DNA from: Escherichia coli
GTDB taxonomy: Bacteria > Pseudomonadota > Gammaproteobacteria > Enterobacterales > Enterobacteriaceae
DNA: 64,000 bases
NCBI RefSeq assembly: GCF_016026235.1
Contig: NZ_CP065613.1
Direction: 5' to 3' (one strand)
Shown: piece by piece, positions 9,991 through 19,937 of the stretch
Position numbering within the stretch: the stretch's first letter is position 1
How the letters are laid out: each line of letters begins with the position of its first letter
The notes under the pieces: model-generated
The model's database searches: none
Told to the model about the DNA's origin: nothing
What the model saw: the letters and a program-made list of their open reading frames with translations, nothing else
Made by a program: the position numbers and the translations under genes

Positions 9991-12861
9991 TTATATTTTT
10001 TCCAGCGCAGTGAGTATTTTCTCCGGTGTGAAATGCCATTCGCGTAACCAGATGCCGCATGCATCGTGAATTGCGGTAGCAATCGCCGGAGCTGCGCCAT
10101 TTACACCGATTTCCGAGATCGATTTCGCCCCGAACGGGCCGACTTTATCGTCGCTCGGCACCAGCACAGCGCGGAAATCACGCGGAATGTCACCAATTTT
10201 CGGTGCGCCGTAACTGCGTAAATCACGCGTTAACGGGTGACCTTCGGCGTCATAAATGATCTCTTCGCTCATACTGTGGCCGATAGCACGCAGGGTGGCA
10301 CCGTAGATTTGTCCCAACGCTAACTCTGGATTGACCGGTGTACCGCAGTCCAGCAAGGCGTAGAATTTATCCAGGCGGATTTCACCCGTACGCGTGTTGA
10401 CGGCAACTTCAGCGAAGTTTGCGCCATACGGGAAAGCGAAATCAGGCGTGATATAACTGCCAGTTCCCACCAGTGAACCAAAGCCGGTGCCGGTTTCGCC
10501 TTTATGGGCAATATCCCCGAAACTAACTTCGCCTTTCTTGCCGCGCACGACGCCCGGCGTTGCTAGTTGAACATCTGCCACTGGCTCACCCAACATTTGC
10601 GCGCCGTGGAACAGAATTTTCTCCCGCAGATTTTCCGCTGCCAAACGCGCCGCGTTACCCGAGAAGCAAGTACCGGACGAGGCATATGCGCCTTTATCAA
10701 ACAACGCATGATCGGTATCACCGGAGATAACATGCACGTCCTGCGGTGGGCAGTGCAGCACTTCTGCTGCCAGTTTCGTCACTACAGTATCCAGACCAGT
10801 ACCAATATCCGCACCGCCAGAATGAACGATAAAGGTGCCGTCCGATTCCAGTTTGATCATGCAGTTAGCCTGATCGATATCCGGGATACCCGATTTCTGC
10901 ATGATAATGGCGACGCCGCGACCGATGTGCCAGTCACCATTTTGCGGTTTCGGTGAAGACCATTGGATCATCTCGCGACCCTGACGCAGGATCTCTTCCA
11001 GTGCGCAGCTGGCGGCGGAAGGAACGGAGGTCGGCGCTTTACCTTCACCGATTGCACCGAGAATTTTCAGCTCTTGCCCTTCGTGTACCCGGTTACGTTC
11101 GATAATTTCCAGTTGGTCGATCTGTAACTGTTCAGCCAGTTCCGCTAATGCCATGGTGATAGCGAAGTTACCTTTCGGTGCGCCATAACCCTGATAAGCA
11201 CCATTTGGGCAAATGTTGCTGTAGTAGGTGGTGACCTGGAAATCGACGTTATCGCACGGATATAACGGCAGCGACAGCGCCGGTCCGTTACATGGTACGG
11301 TGAGTGAGTGGTTGCCGTAAGGGCCAGTGTTGGCGCGGAAATCCATCTTCACTGCCGTCAGGCGACCATCTTTTTTCGCTCCCAGTTTGACGGTGACTTT
11401 CGCGACGTGACGAGAGGTGTTAGCAATAAACTCTTCTTCACGGGTGTAGCGGAACAGGACCGGACGCCCGGTCACGCAGGTTGCCCAGGCGCACACTTCT
11501 TCCAGCAGGATGTCCTGTTTGGAACCAAAACCGCCGCCAACTCGTTCTTTAATGACATGAACTTTATGCTGTTTCATGCCCACGAGGCGCGCGACCTGGC
11601 GGCGTAAGTGCCATGGTACCTGGGTGGAGGCGTGGATAACCAGACGATCGCCGTCCATACGAGTAAAGCAGATATGTGTTTCAGTCGGGCACTGCTGCGC
11701 TTGCGTTGAGTTATAGGTTCGCTCAATGATCACATCGGCATCGGCAAAGCCTTTGTCCATATCGCCAATATGACCATGAATACTGGCGGCGATATTTTTG
11801 CGTGGACGAGAACCGATCGGGAAGTTGATGATCATATGCTCGCCGCGCTGGGCTGCATGGCTGTTATCGTCTTCCAGAGTATCTGGCGCACCAGCAACAT
11901 ACACAACCGGTTCATCGTGCACGACAGGCGCATCTTCCGCCATTGCTTCGTCGATCGACATTACCGGTTTAAGCACTTCATATTCAACGTCGATGAGCTT
12001 CAATGCTTCAAGCGCAATTTCTTCACTTTCAGCGACGACCGCAGCAACACGATCGCCGACGTGACGCATTTTCTTGCCGAACATACGGCGGTCAAGCGGT
12101 GACGGTTCCGGTGCGCTCTGCCCCCCCGGGGTATAGTAGATATCCGGGCAATTCAGATGAGTAATAACGTGAACGACGCCCGGTAAGGCTTCAGCTTTGC
12201 TGACATCCAGATGAGTAATCAGTGCGTGAGCGTGTGGGCTACGTAACATTTTAATGACGCAGGCGTCAGCCGTTACGCGGTCTTCAACATAGCAGGGCTT
12301 CGCCTGCACCATTTTTGCGGCATCAGTTTTAGGATAATGCTTACCAATGACTTCAAGGTCGTCACGGAAAGTCGGAGCGATATCAATGGTGGCCTGCGGA
12401 TTATTTTTACGTGCAACCGCCAGTTCAATGACCTGATAGTATTGTTGCCAGCCTGCATCGCGGCTGAACAAACCAGAAAGCGCGTCGTCGATCTCTTCGC
12501 GGGTAGGTGCGGCGATGCGATCGAGAAGATCGGTGATAATCAGAGCCGCAGCTGGATCGTTATAACCAGACTGCACCACGCCAACATCAACCATTGCCTG
12601 TTGAACCAGACTTAACTCGTTCCATTTGCCCAGAGATTCTGCGGTACGAATATCTGCCTTCTCTAACTGTGCGGCAATAAGCAAGGACGCGTTAACGATA
12701 TTACCGTTAAAGATAATTGCGTCAGAACCGGCAAACCCGAAGCCATCATCACTGTTGCGTACAGAGTGCATTCCCATGTTAAACAACAGCTTTTGCACGT
12801 TTTCGCCTGGATTAACGGTTAGCTCCTGAGGCGCGCCATTTAAAGTAAAGTGGATGATCAT
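9991..12861 (-). CDS. xdhD: Molybdopterin-binding xanthine-dehydrogenase-family protein with N-terminal 2Fe-2S domain, 956 aa
   Basis: Length and N-terminus MIIHFTLNGAPQELTVNPGENVQKLL match E. coli XdhD/YgfN as recalled. Confidence 0.9.
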   Translation of the reverse strand: MIIHFTLNGAPQELTVNPGENVQKLLFNMGMHSVRNSDDGFGFAGSDAIIFNGNIVNASLLIAAQLEKADIRTAESLGKWNELSLVQQAMVDVGVVQSGYNDPAAALIITDLLDRIAAPTREEIDDALSGLFSRDAGWQQYYQVIELAVARKNNPQATIDIAPTFRDDLEVIGKHYPKTDAAKMVQAKPCYVEDRVTADACVIKMLRSPHAHALITHLDVSKAEALPGVVHVITHLNCPDIYYTPGGQSAPEPSPLDRRMFGKKMRHVGDRVAAVVAESEEIALEALKLIDVEYEVLKPVMSIDEAMAEDAPVVHDEPVVYVAGAPDTLEDDNSHAAQRGEHMIINFPIGSRPRKNIAASIHGHIGDMDKGFADADVIIERTYNSTQAQQCPTETHICFTRMDGDRLVIHASTQVPWHLRRQVARLVGMKQHKVHVIKERVGGGFGSKQDILLEEVCAWATCVTGRPVLFRYTREEEFIANTSRHVAKVTVKLGAKKDGRLTAVKMDFRANTGPYGNHSLTVPCNGPALSLPLYPCDNVDFQVTTYYSNICPNGAYQGYGAPKGNFAITMALAELAEQLQIDQLEIIERNRVHEGQELKILGAIGEGKAPTSVPSAASCALEEILRQGREMIQWSSPKPQNGDWHIGRGVAIIMQKSGIPDIDQANCMIKLESDGTFIVHSGGADIGTGLDTVVTKLAAEVLHCPPQDVHVISGDTDHALFDKGAYASSGTCFSGNAARLAAENLREKILFHGAQMLGEPVADVQLATPGVVRGKKGEVSFGDIAHKGETGTGFGSLVGTGSYITPDFAFPYGANFAEVAVNTRTGEIRLDKFYALLDCGTPVNPELALGQIYGATLRAIGHSMSEEIIYDAEGHPLTRDLRSYGAPKIGDIPRDFRAVLVPSDDKVGPFGAKSISEIGVNGAAPAIATAIHDACGIWLREWHFTPEKILTALEKI

Positions 12862-13637
12862 ACGGCTTCCTCCCCAGCCTGTTGGCAGTCGGCATACAGG
12901 TCGGCTACCAGAACTCCCGTGATATAGCGTTTATAGGCCACGCTGCCCCGCAAATCTTCCTGCGGGAAAATGGCGTTGGCGACAGCCTGTTCAAGTGCAT
13001 TGCCTTCCAGATTTTGTTTTTCGACATCGTGCAGACGCAGTGCTTTACTGGCGACGCCATCCAGCGCAATTCGCATACCGTCGTGGTCTGTCATTGCAAC
13101 GGCTGCCGTCACGACGGTTAAACCTGCCTGAGAACGGCTAATTTTGCGGGTCGCACAGGTGCGATACGGATCTTTAATGATAATTTCGGTTAGCAGGCGA
13201 TCGCATGGGCAGGTCAGGTAGTCCTCGATTGACAGCGTTTCGCCGTTGCCAAAAACCAGTTCAGCATCCAGTGCTAGCAGGACGGGAAGCAGCACCGACT
13301 CTTCCTGCCGGGCAGCGATTTCACCACCAATGGTCGACTGATTACGAACATGGCGTGAGTAAACAAAACCGAGGGCTTCACGCAGTGCTGCAGGAATAAA
13401 TCGCGCATCACGCAGTGGCTGCAAGCGAGACATTGCGCCAATCCGCAGTGCACCGTTATCCCAGTCAACCCAGTCCAGTTCCAGATCCTGTAAGGAGATG
13501 GCAATCTTTTTATCGGTACGGGTTGGTGTAGCATTGAGTTTGCTGCCCCCGGCGAACCAGACGGCTTCATCCTGGTAGCGGCGCTTCAGTTCCAGCGCCT
13601 GTTCGACAGAGTCGGGCCTGAAAAATTGTTCAATCAT
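12858..13637 (-). CDS. ygfM: FAD-binding subunit of a molybdenum hydroxylase, 259 aa
   Basis: Size and position between ssnA and xdhD as in K-12. Confidence 0.85.
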   Translation of the reverse strand: MIEQFFRPDSVEQALELKRRYQDEAVWFAGGSKLNATPTRTDKKIAISLQDLELDWVDWDNGALRIGAMSRLQPLRDARFIPAALREALGFVYSRHVRNQSTIGGEIAARQEESVLLPVLLALDAELVFGNGETLSIEDYLTCPCDRLLTEIIIKDPYRTCATRKISRSQAGLTVVTAAVAMTDHDGMRIALDGVASKALRLHDVEKQNLEGNALEQAVANAIFPQEDLRGSVAYKRYITGVLVADLYADCQQAGEEAV

Positions 13638-13687
13638 CTTCTTTCCTTATTTAACCCTCTTCCCTGCGGGAAGAGGGCATCTGTCAT

Positions 13688-15016
13688 TTATGCCAGCGCA
13701 TCCATCCGACGCCACATACTGGCAGCGGCTTTTCTGGCTTGTGCATAAATGGAATCGCAATCGAAGTTAAACTGACGGTCTTCATAGACCATCACACCAT
13801 TGACCATCACGCTGTGAACGCTGCCTGAGCCCATACCGAAAGCGATATGCTCGGCGATATTGTCTGCCAGCAGCGGCGTCGGCGAGTTGTAATCGCAAAT
13901 GGTTAAATCAGCTTTGTAACCGGCTTCCAGAAGCCCAAATTTCGCGCCAAAGTTGCGGCTCATCAGTTCGTTACCGTTAGTCAGGGCTTTGGCAAAACTG
14001 TCAGGCCACAGCGGACCACCCGCATCGCGATGTTTAAAGAAGGCAAATTTCATCTCTTCAAACATGTCCGAACCAATGCCGTCCGTTCCCAACGCCAGAT
14101 TGCGGATGTCGCTAAGATGATGGTTGTAGCCGACATGGTTGTTCATGTTTGAACGGGCGTTATGCACCAGGAACGCATCGCGCTGATTGAGTAGGGTGAT
14201 GTCATCTTTCGACAAGTACAGCCCATGAGCGACCAGTGTTTTGCTGTCGATGAGATCGAATTGCGCCAGTCGTGCCAGCAGGTCTTTGCCGTACCAGTGG
14301 TGACTGTAGGAAACGTCGTAAAGGTCTTCCGCAGCGTGAATATGCAAACCACGGCCTGTGGCTTTCACGGCTTCACGCAGCATCTCCAGACCGGCATCTG
14401 GCACGGTAAACGGCGCGTGAGCACCGATATGTGCTTCCACCAGATACGGCTCGGTTGCTGCTTTCTTCGCCTCATCAATCTGACGGGCAAAGCGGATGTT
14501 TTCTTCTACACCTTCCTGCAACTCTTTGATGCCGTTGTTACGGTCAGTAGTTTCAAAACAGGTCATCGCGCGCAGGCCAACTTTTAAAAATGCGTCGCGC
14601 AATGTGGAGAGCGACCCGCCGATATACGCCGGAGAGGCATGGTGATCGATAACCGATGTACATCCGCTCTTAATCGCTTCCAGGGAACAAATCAGTCCGC
14701 TGTAATAGAGCGACTCTTCATCAAGGGCGCGATCGAGCCGCCACCAGAGATTTTTCAGCGTTGAGATGAAATCCGGGCAGGGGGCGATGTTTGCCATAAT
14801 TCCGCGGGAAAGCCCCGAGTAAAAATGGTTGTGCGAGCAGACAATTCCCGGCATCACAATCCGACTATGCATCTCTTTGTAGCTGGCATCGGGGTAGCGT
14901 TGCGTCAGGGCATCGCCGATAGCGACAATCACGTCATTTTCGATAGCGATATCAACGCCTTCCTGCACTTTCGCCGGGTGTAACTGCACTGCGGTGACAT
15001 TCTTCAGAATCAACAT
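13688..15016 (-). CDS. ssnA: Putative aminohydrolase (amidohydrolase superfamily), 442 aa; start MLILKN
   Basis: Metal-binding HxH motif (SHNHF); length and synteny match SsnA. Confidence 0.85.
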   Translation of the reverse strand: MLILKNVTAVQLHPAKVQEGVDIAIENDVIVAIGDALTQRYPDASYKEMHSRIVMPGIVCSHNHFYSGLSRGIMANIAPCPDFISTLKNLWWRLDRALDEESLYYSGLICSLEAIKSGCTSVIDHHASPAYIGGSLSTLRDAFLKVGLRAMTCFETTDRNNGIKELQEGVEENIRFARQIDEAKKAATEPYLVEAHIGAHAPFTVPDAGLEMLREAVKATGRGLHIHAAEDLYDVSYSHHWYGKDLLARLAQFDLIDSKTLVAHGLYLSKDDITLLNQRDAFLVHNARSNMNNHVGYNHHLSDIRNLALGTDGIGSDMFEEMKFAFFKHRDAGGPLWPDSFAKALTNGNELMSRNFGAKFGLLEAGYKADLTICDYNSPTPLLADNIAEHIAFGMGSGSVHSVMVNGVMVYEDRQFNFDCDSIYAQARKAAASMWRRMDALA

Positions 15017-15018
15017 GA

Positions 15019-18000
15019 TTACACCTCCACGCGGCCCAGCAGATAATGATGATGCTGGTGGACATGGCTGATGATGCGGCACATATCGTTCAGCTCCGGT
15101 GGTACGTTGTTGAACTGACCTTCGCTGTCGATGTTTAACACCCAGCTTTGGTTATTCAGTCGTACTCGTACCCGGCAATCTTCCACAAGGAAGCCTGGGT
15201 TGCTGCTGTTATCAAAGTCTTGCGCCAGGCTGAAGACGGTGATTTTGTCTTTGTACGGTTTACCGTTCCACGGACAGAACTGAGCGCAGTTGCCGCATTC
15301 GTTACAGTAAGCGTCGAGGTGCAGCGTCTGGAAACGGTTCTGGAAGCCTGGGACCGCAATGGAGACGTTGGCGCGGTTCGGGCAGACATCCACACACTTG
15401 CTGCAAACGTAGTTACATTCGAGGCAGCGAGCGGCTTCCTGGGCGACAAACGCGTCACGATCGTCACTGTTCACCAGCGTGATAGAGATATCGCCTTTAC
15501 GTTGATAGATTTCCGCCGGATTGACGTTGTTCCAGTATTTATCGTTCTGGTGGGAACGGATATTTTCCCGACTAAGGATGGCATCGGTCGCCCGACGCGC
15601 GGTTCCGACAGCAGCGACAATGGAGGATGGTCCGCGCTGTACGTCGCCGATCATAAAGACGTCAGTCAGACGAGTTTCGCCATTATGGTCGACGTCTGGC
15701 CAGCCGTTTTTGTCCAGCGGCACGCCCATCGCATTCAGGGCTTCAGTATCCTGCTGTTCACCAATGGCGGTGATCAGGCTGTCTACATGCAGTGTTACTG
15801 TTTCATTGGTTTCAACCGGACGACGACGACCTTTCTCATCCGGTTCGCCAAGCGACATAACGCGCAAGGTTAAGGTGCCATCAGCATCGAAACGTTCCGG
15901 ATTATTCAGGAAACGGAACTCTACGCCGTCGTGCAACGCTTCTTCATACTCTTCGCGCCATGCGGGCATCTCTTGTAGTGAACGACGGTAAACGATCGTT
16001 GCTTTTTCTACGCTTGGAACGCGTAACACCGAACGAGCGCAGTCCATTGCGGTGTTACCCGCCCCGACAACGACCACATGTTTGCCCAGCTTGAGCGCTG
16101 TACCCTTGTTGTATTCACGCAGGAAGGGGAGTGATTTCCAGACATTTTGGTTGTCGCCCGCCAGTTTCACACCGCTATTTTTATCGGTGCCTGTGGCAAT
16201 CAGAACATAATGGAAGCCCTGATTTTTTAACTGTTCAACGGTCAAATCGGGTGAGCAGCCATACTCAAATTTCACGCCGTGAGCGGCAACAAAATCGATA
16301 TCGTGCTGAATTAACTCTGCAGGAATACGGAACTGAGGGATGATATTTTTCACCACGCCGCCTGCATTGGCTTCGCGTTCAAACAGCGTAACCGGATGGC
16401 CCGCTCTGGCAAGGAAGTAACCTGCAGCCAGACCCGCCGGACCTGCACCAATCACGGCAACCGGATGGCGTGAACCAGAACCGGCTGGTTTGTGCCAACG
16501 TTGCTTATATTCATCCCAACCTTTTTCCAGCGCGACTTTTTTCAGTTCGCGGATATTCAGTGCACTGTCGTAATCCAGGCGGGTACAGTTGTATTGGCAC
16601 TGGTGATCGCAAATATGACCGGTAATGGCGGGCAGGGCGTTGCGTTGGTAGATAAGTTCCAGCGCGTCGGCATAGCGGTGTTCGCCAAGCAGACGGATGT
16701 ATTCCGGAATATCTTGCTTGATAGCGCAGGCAGTAACACAGGGGGCAACGTAGCAGTCGGTCAGCGGCAGGTCTTCTGCCACTTCAATACGCTCTTCTGG
16801 CTTCCAGTGTTTCTGGGTGTATTCCATGGTTAACGCATCTGCTGCCAGTCTGTTCAGTCGTTCGACGTCAACATGGTCAAGCCCCCAGGCGTCGGAGCCT
16901 TCCAGCTCGCGCATGCAGGCACTTAAGCGCAGATAGCCGCCTGGTTTCAGCAGGTCGGTTGCCATAGTAATAGGGCGAATACCAGTATCAAAAATATCGC
17001 GGATAGTCAGCTGACTGGCACCACCGGAATAAGAAATGGGCAGTTTGCCGTCAAAGGCGCGAGAGAGAACTGCTGCAACATTGATGGAGAGCGGGAACAG
17101 CGCACGGCCTGACATATACATCTCTTCACCAGGCAGTGCGCCTTTATTGTTGATGGTGCCGAGAGTGTTAGTCAGTTTTACGCCAAAGCCGAGTGATTTT
17201 TCTTTTGCCAGTGCCATCAGGCGTTCCAGCATTTCCAGTGCTTGCGTCAGCTTGAGGTCGTGATCAAATGACTCTTCTTTTAAGCCTATGTAACCGAAAC
17301 CGCAGACATCGAGGATCTCACGAACACGCGCGTATCCCAGTAAGGTCGGGTTAAGTTTCACAAAGGTGTTGAGCCCTTTTTCTTCCAGCATGTAGCGGCA
17401 AATGGCTTCGATTTCATGCGGAGGACAGCCGTGCATGGTGGAGAGGGTGACGCCATGCACCATACTGGTGGGGATGCGAGCGGGTAAGGCTTGCAAGCTT
17501 TCGCGTTTTTCCTGCAATCCGTGGCGAGCTAAAAATGCGTCATCCTGGAGTAATTTATTCAGCGTATCGCGATATTGCGCGAATTTCGGATGGTCAGATG
17601 CGTCCATCATATTGTCGATGAACTGTTGCATTGGCGGTTGCTTAATACCTTCGAGGTTGTAACCGACGCTCATATTAAAGATGAACGATTTACCGGAATC
17701 AGAAGGTTGGAACATCGCTTCGAGAAGGTGCAGGGCAAACCAGGCTTTGAGGTATTCATCCCAGGCTTTAAGCAGGGTAAATTCGGTAGACCATTCGGTG
17801 TTAAAGCACTCGTCTTCGGCATCAATACAGGGCTTTTCCAGCTCTAGGCGGTCAAGAATTTGGACGGTTTTTAGTTCGATGAAACGTCCGCCAGTCAGCC
17901 AGGAAGTGACAATATTTTGCGCGAGCTGCGTGTGCGGGCCAGCGGCAGGGCCGACGGGAGTGGCACAGGTTTCACCGAAGACGCTAACAGTTTTACCTTT

Positions 18001-18117
18001 TACAGGTGAGTAAAACTGTTGCTCGGGAATACCAAAGATTGAGCGTTGTTGTTGGTATTCATCAAATATGCGCGTCAAAAGTTCCTCAAACGGAATGGGA
18101 CGCATAATATCCCCCAT
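15019..18117 (-). CDS. ygfK: Large Fe-S / FAD-NAD oxidoreductase, 1032 aa
   Basis: N-terminus MGDIMRPIPFEELL, size, Cys-rich clusters and dinucleotide-binding GAGPAG motif; synteny. Confidence 0.9.
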   Translation of the reverse strand: MGDIMRPIPFEELLTRIFDEYQQQRSIFGIPEQQFYSPVKGKTVSVFGETCATPVGPAAGPHTQLAQNIVTSWLTGGRFIELKTVQILDRLELEKPCIDAEDECFNTEWSTEFTLLKAWDEYLKAWFALHLLEAMFQPSDSGKSFIFNMSVGYNLEGIKQPPMQQFIDNMMDASDHPKFAQYRDTLNKLLQDDAFLARHGLQEKRESLQALPARIPTSMVHGVTLSTMHGCPPHEIEAICRYMLEEKGLNTFVKLNPTLLGYARVREILDVCGFGYIGLKEESFDHDLKLTQALEMLERLMALAKEKSLGFGVKLTNTLGTINNKGALPGEEMYMSGRALFPLSINVAAVLSRAFDGKLPISYSGGASQLTIRDIFDTGIRPITMATDLLKPGGYLRLSACMRELEGSDAWGLDHVDVERLNRLAADALTMEYTQKHWKPEERIEVAEDLPLTDCYVAPCVTACAIKQDIPEYIRLLGEHRYADALELIYQRNALPAITGHICDHQCQYNCTRLDYDSALNIRELKKVALEKGWDEYKQRWHKPAGSGSRHPVAVIGAGPAGLAAGYFLARAGHPVTLFEREANAGGVVKNIIPQFRIPAELIQHDIDFVAAHGVKFEYGCSPDLTVEQLKNQGFHYVLIATGTDKNSGVKLAGDNQNVWKSLPFLREYNKGTALKLGKHVVVVGAGNTAMDCARSVLRVPSVEKATIVYRRSLQEMPAWREEYEEALHDGVEFRFLNNPERFDADGTLTLRVMSLGEPDEKGRRRPVETNETVTLHVDSLITAIGEQQDTEALNAMGVPLDKNGWPDVDHNGETRLTDVFMIGDVQRGPSSIVAAVGTARRATDAILSRENIRSHQNDKYWNNVNPAEIYQRKGDISITLVNSDDRDAFVAQEAARCLECNYVCSKCVDVCPNRANVSIAVPGFQNRFQTLHLDAYCNECGNCAQFCPWNGKPYKDKITVFSLAQDFDNSSNPGFLVEDCRVRVRLNNQSWVLNIDSEGQFNNVPPELNDMCRIISHVHQHHHYLLGRVEV

Positions 18118-18198
18118 AACCCTCTCCTTAGCTTATACAGATATCATTGAGTGACCGGTGTTGAGAAATCCGGTGGTTTAGGGGGATAGAGCAACAAT

Positions 18199-18216
18199 CG
18201 CACCACTCTTGCCAGG
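18199..18216 (-). promoter_or_regulatory. Candidate sigma54 (-24/-12) promoter upstream of ygfK
   Basis: Minus-strand TGGCAAGAGTGGTGC has GG and GC with canonical -24/-12 spacing, about 85-100 bp upstream of the ygfK start; a sigma54 activator (ygeV) is in the cluster. Confidence 0.3.
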
Positions 18217-18438
18217 TTTGGCGGGAAATATAAAAAAATGTGAGGCGGCTCGAAACTTAAGGGCTTTTTGTGAATGAACTCACAGGTGCTAAATGAGAAT
18301 TAAAATCACTCCTGAAAATTATTATTGCCAGCCCATTTATCAATTTTTCTCTTTTCTCAAAATCAGTGATTCCTTATCATTATGATAATGAGTGCCGGAA
18401 GGATTAAATATTTGAACGCAATCGTTTAACTACGTTTT

Positions 18439-19017
18439 CTAAATTTCAGTATACCTTTCCTTCGCTGTAATAAAGTCGTCCGGAGTATCAATATCTAAAA
18501 TTATTTCTGCATTTTCTATTTCGACGGAATAATGATCTCCCATAAGGAGTGCCTGACGCATATTGGTGACATTGGGTCGTTGGATTGCCTGTATCAAGCA
18601 TGGTTTTGACACTAAAATCGGATGGCCGGGGATGCCATTATGGAGTGGCAGTATTGCGCCATCATTTCGTAACGACCAGATTTTTCTAAAAATATCGATG
18701 GTGAGGGTTGGCATGTCACCGTGGGTGAGAAAACAATGTTCTGTTTGCACTGCGGGTACTGCGGCCTTGACGGATGTTAGTAAACCCTGCGCATAATCTG
18801 GGTTGTGAATAATAGTGATATTGCTCTGGTTCGCATAACGTTCGTGCAGTTCATTACCACGATAGCCGGTGACTAAAATAATTCGGCTACAAAACTGCAA
18901 CGCATTTTTGATACTTGTATCAAGAATTGTTCCCTGTTCCCAGGGTAACATCATTTTCCATTGCCCCATTCTTGATGATAATCCGGCAGCGGTAATTATA
19001 CAGTCGATGGCTGACAT
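18439..19017 (-). CDS. mocA: Molybdenum cofactor cytidylyltransferase, 192 aa
   Basis: Size and synteny (K-12 ygfJ); nucleotidyltransferase-like N-terminus. Confidence 0.8.
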   Translation of the reverse strand: MSAIDCIITAAGLSSRMGQWKMMLPWEQGTILDTSIKNALQFCSRIILVTGYRGNELHERYANQSNITIIHNPDYAQGLLTSVKAAVPAVQTEHCFLTHGDMPTLTIDIFRKIWSLRNDGAILPLHNGIPGHPILVSKPCLIQAIQRPNVTNMRQALLMGDHYSVEIENAEIILDIDTPDDFITAKERYTEI

Positions 19018-19119
19018 AGTGGTTCCATTATTTATAGGGGCTAATAACGCCTGATAATTGCGTTACTTCCTGATGGATTAAGTTGGGGATAATTTATCCC
19101 AGAGAGGTCATAAAGACTC

Positions 19120-19890
19120 GTGAAAAGTATAGTTGACCCATCGGCATTAGTCATTGATTTAGGTGCGCAGAAACGTCCCACTGTGATTTCTGTTGTTGGT
19201 GCTGGGGGGAAAACCAGCTTGCTTTTTTGGCTGGCAGAACTGCTCCAGGCTAGCGGCAGGCGTGTGTTAATCACGACGACGACACATATGTTTATGCCAA
19301 CGTCTCACTGGCCCGTGGTTTTCTGTCGTGATCCCGCCATGCTTCCTCATGCGTCTCTTACATCCCCCATTTCATTTTGTTTTCACAGCTGGAAAGCGAA
19401 CCAGGGAAAAGTGCAGGGATTTACGCCAGAAGCGATTGATGCACTGGTGCAACGACCAGAGTGTGACGTAATTCTCATTGAAGCAGATGGCTCGCGTGGA
19501 ATGCCGTTAAAAGCGCCTGATGAGCACGAACCTTGCATACCCAAAAGCAGTTGCTGCGTGATTGCTGTGATGGGAGGACATACTTTGGGCGCGAAAGTGA
19601 GCACAGAAAATGTCCATCGCTGGTCGCAGTTTGCTGATATTACCGGGTTAACACCTGATGCAACCTTGCAACTGAGCGATCTCGTTGCGCTGGTTCGCCA
19701 CCCTCAGGGGGCGTTTAAAAACGTACCGCAAGGTTGTCGGCGAGTCTGGTTCATTAACCGTTTTTCTCAATGTGAGAATGCGATTGCACAAAGCGAGCTC
19801 CTTCAACCGCTGCAACAACACGACGTAGAGGCAATCTGGCTGGGCGATATACAAGAACATCCTGCAATCGCGCGCAGATTTGTGAATTAG
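19120..19890 (+). CDS. yqeC: Selenium-dependent molybdenum hydroxylase system protein YqeC family, 256 aa
   Basis: Size and synteny; P-loop-like motif VVGAGGKTS. Confidence 0.8.
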   Translation: MKSIVDPSALVIDLGAQKRPTVISVVGAGGKTSLLFWLAELLQASGRRVLITTTTHMFMPTSHWPVVFCRDPAMLPHASLTSPISFCFHSWKANQGKVQGFTPEAIDALVQRPECDVILIEADGSRGMPLKAPDEHEPCIPKSSCCVIAVMGGHTLGAKVSTENVHRWSQFADITGLTPDATLQLSDLVALVRHPQGAFKNVPQGCRRVWFINRFSQCENAIAQSELLQPLQQHDVEAIWLGDIQEHPAIARRFVN

Positions 19891-19937
19891 CGGCCCGGGT
19901 ATTCCGGGTTACTGAAAGGATATCCATTGAGGTTGGT

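Noticed and set aside
15148-15873. 241-aa plus-strand ORF (and similar ORFs at 5760..6272, 10567..10956, 24634..25284, 25725..26186, 44860..45219, 62464..62985)
   Set aside because: Each lies entirely inside, and antisense to, a well-supported conserved gene and has low-complexity composition typical of spurious antisense ORFs.
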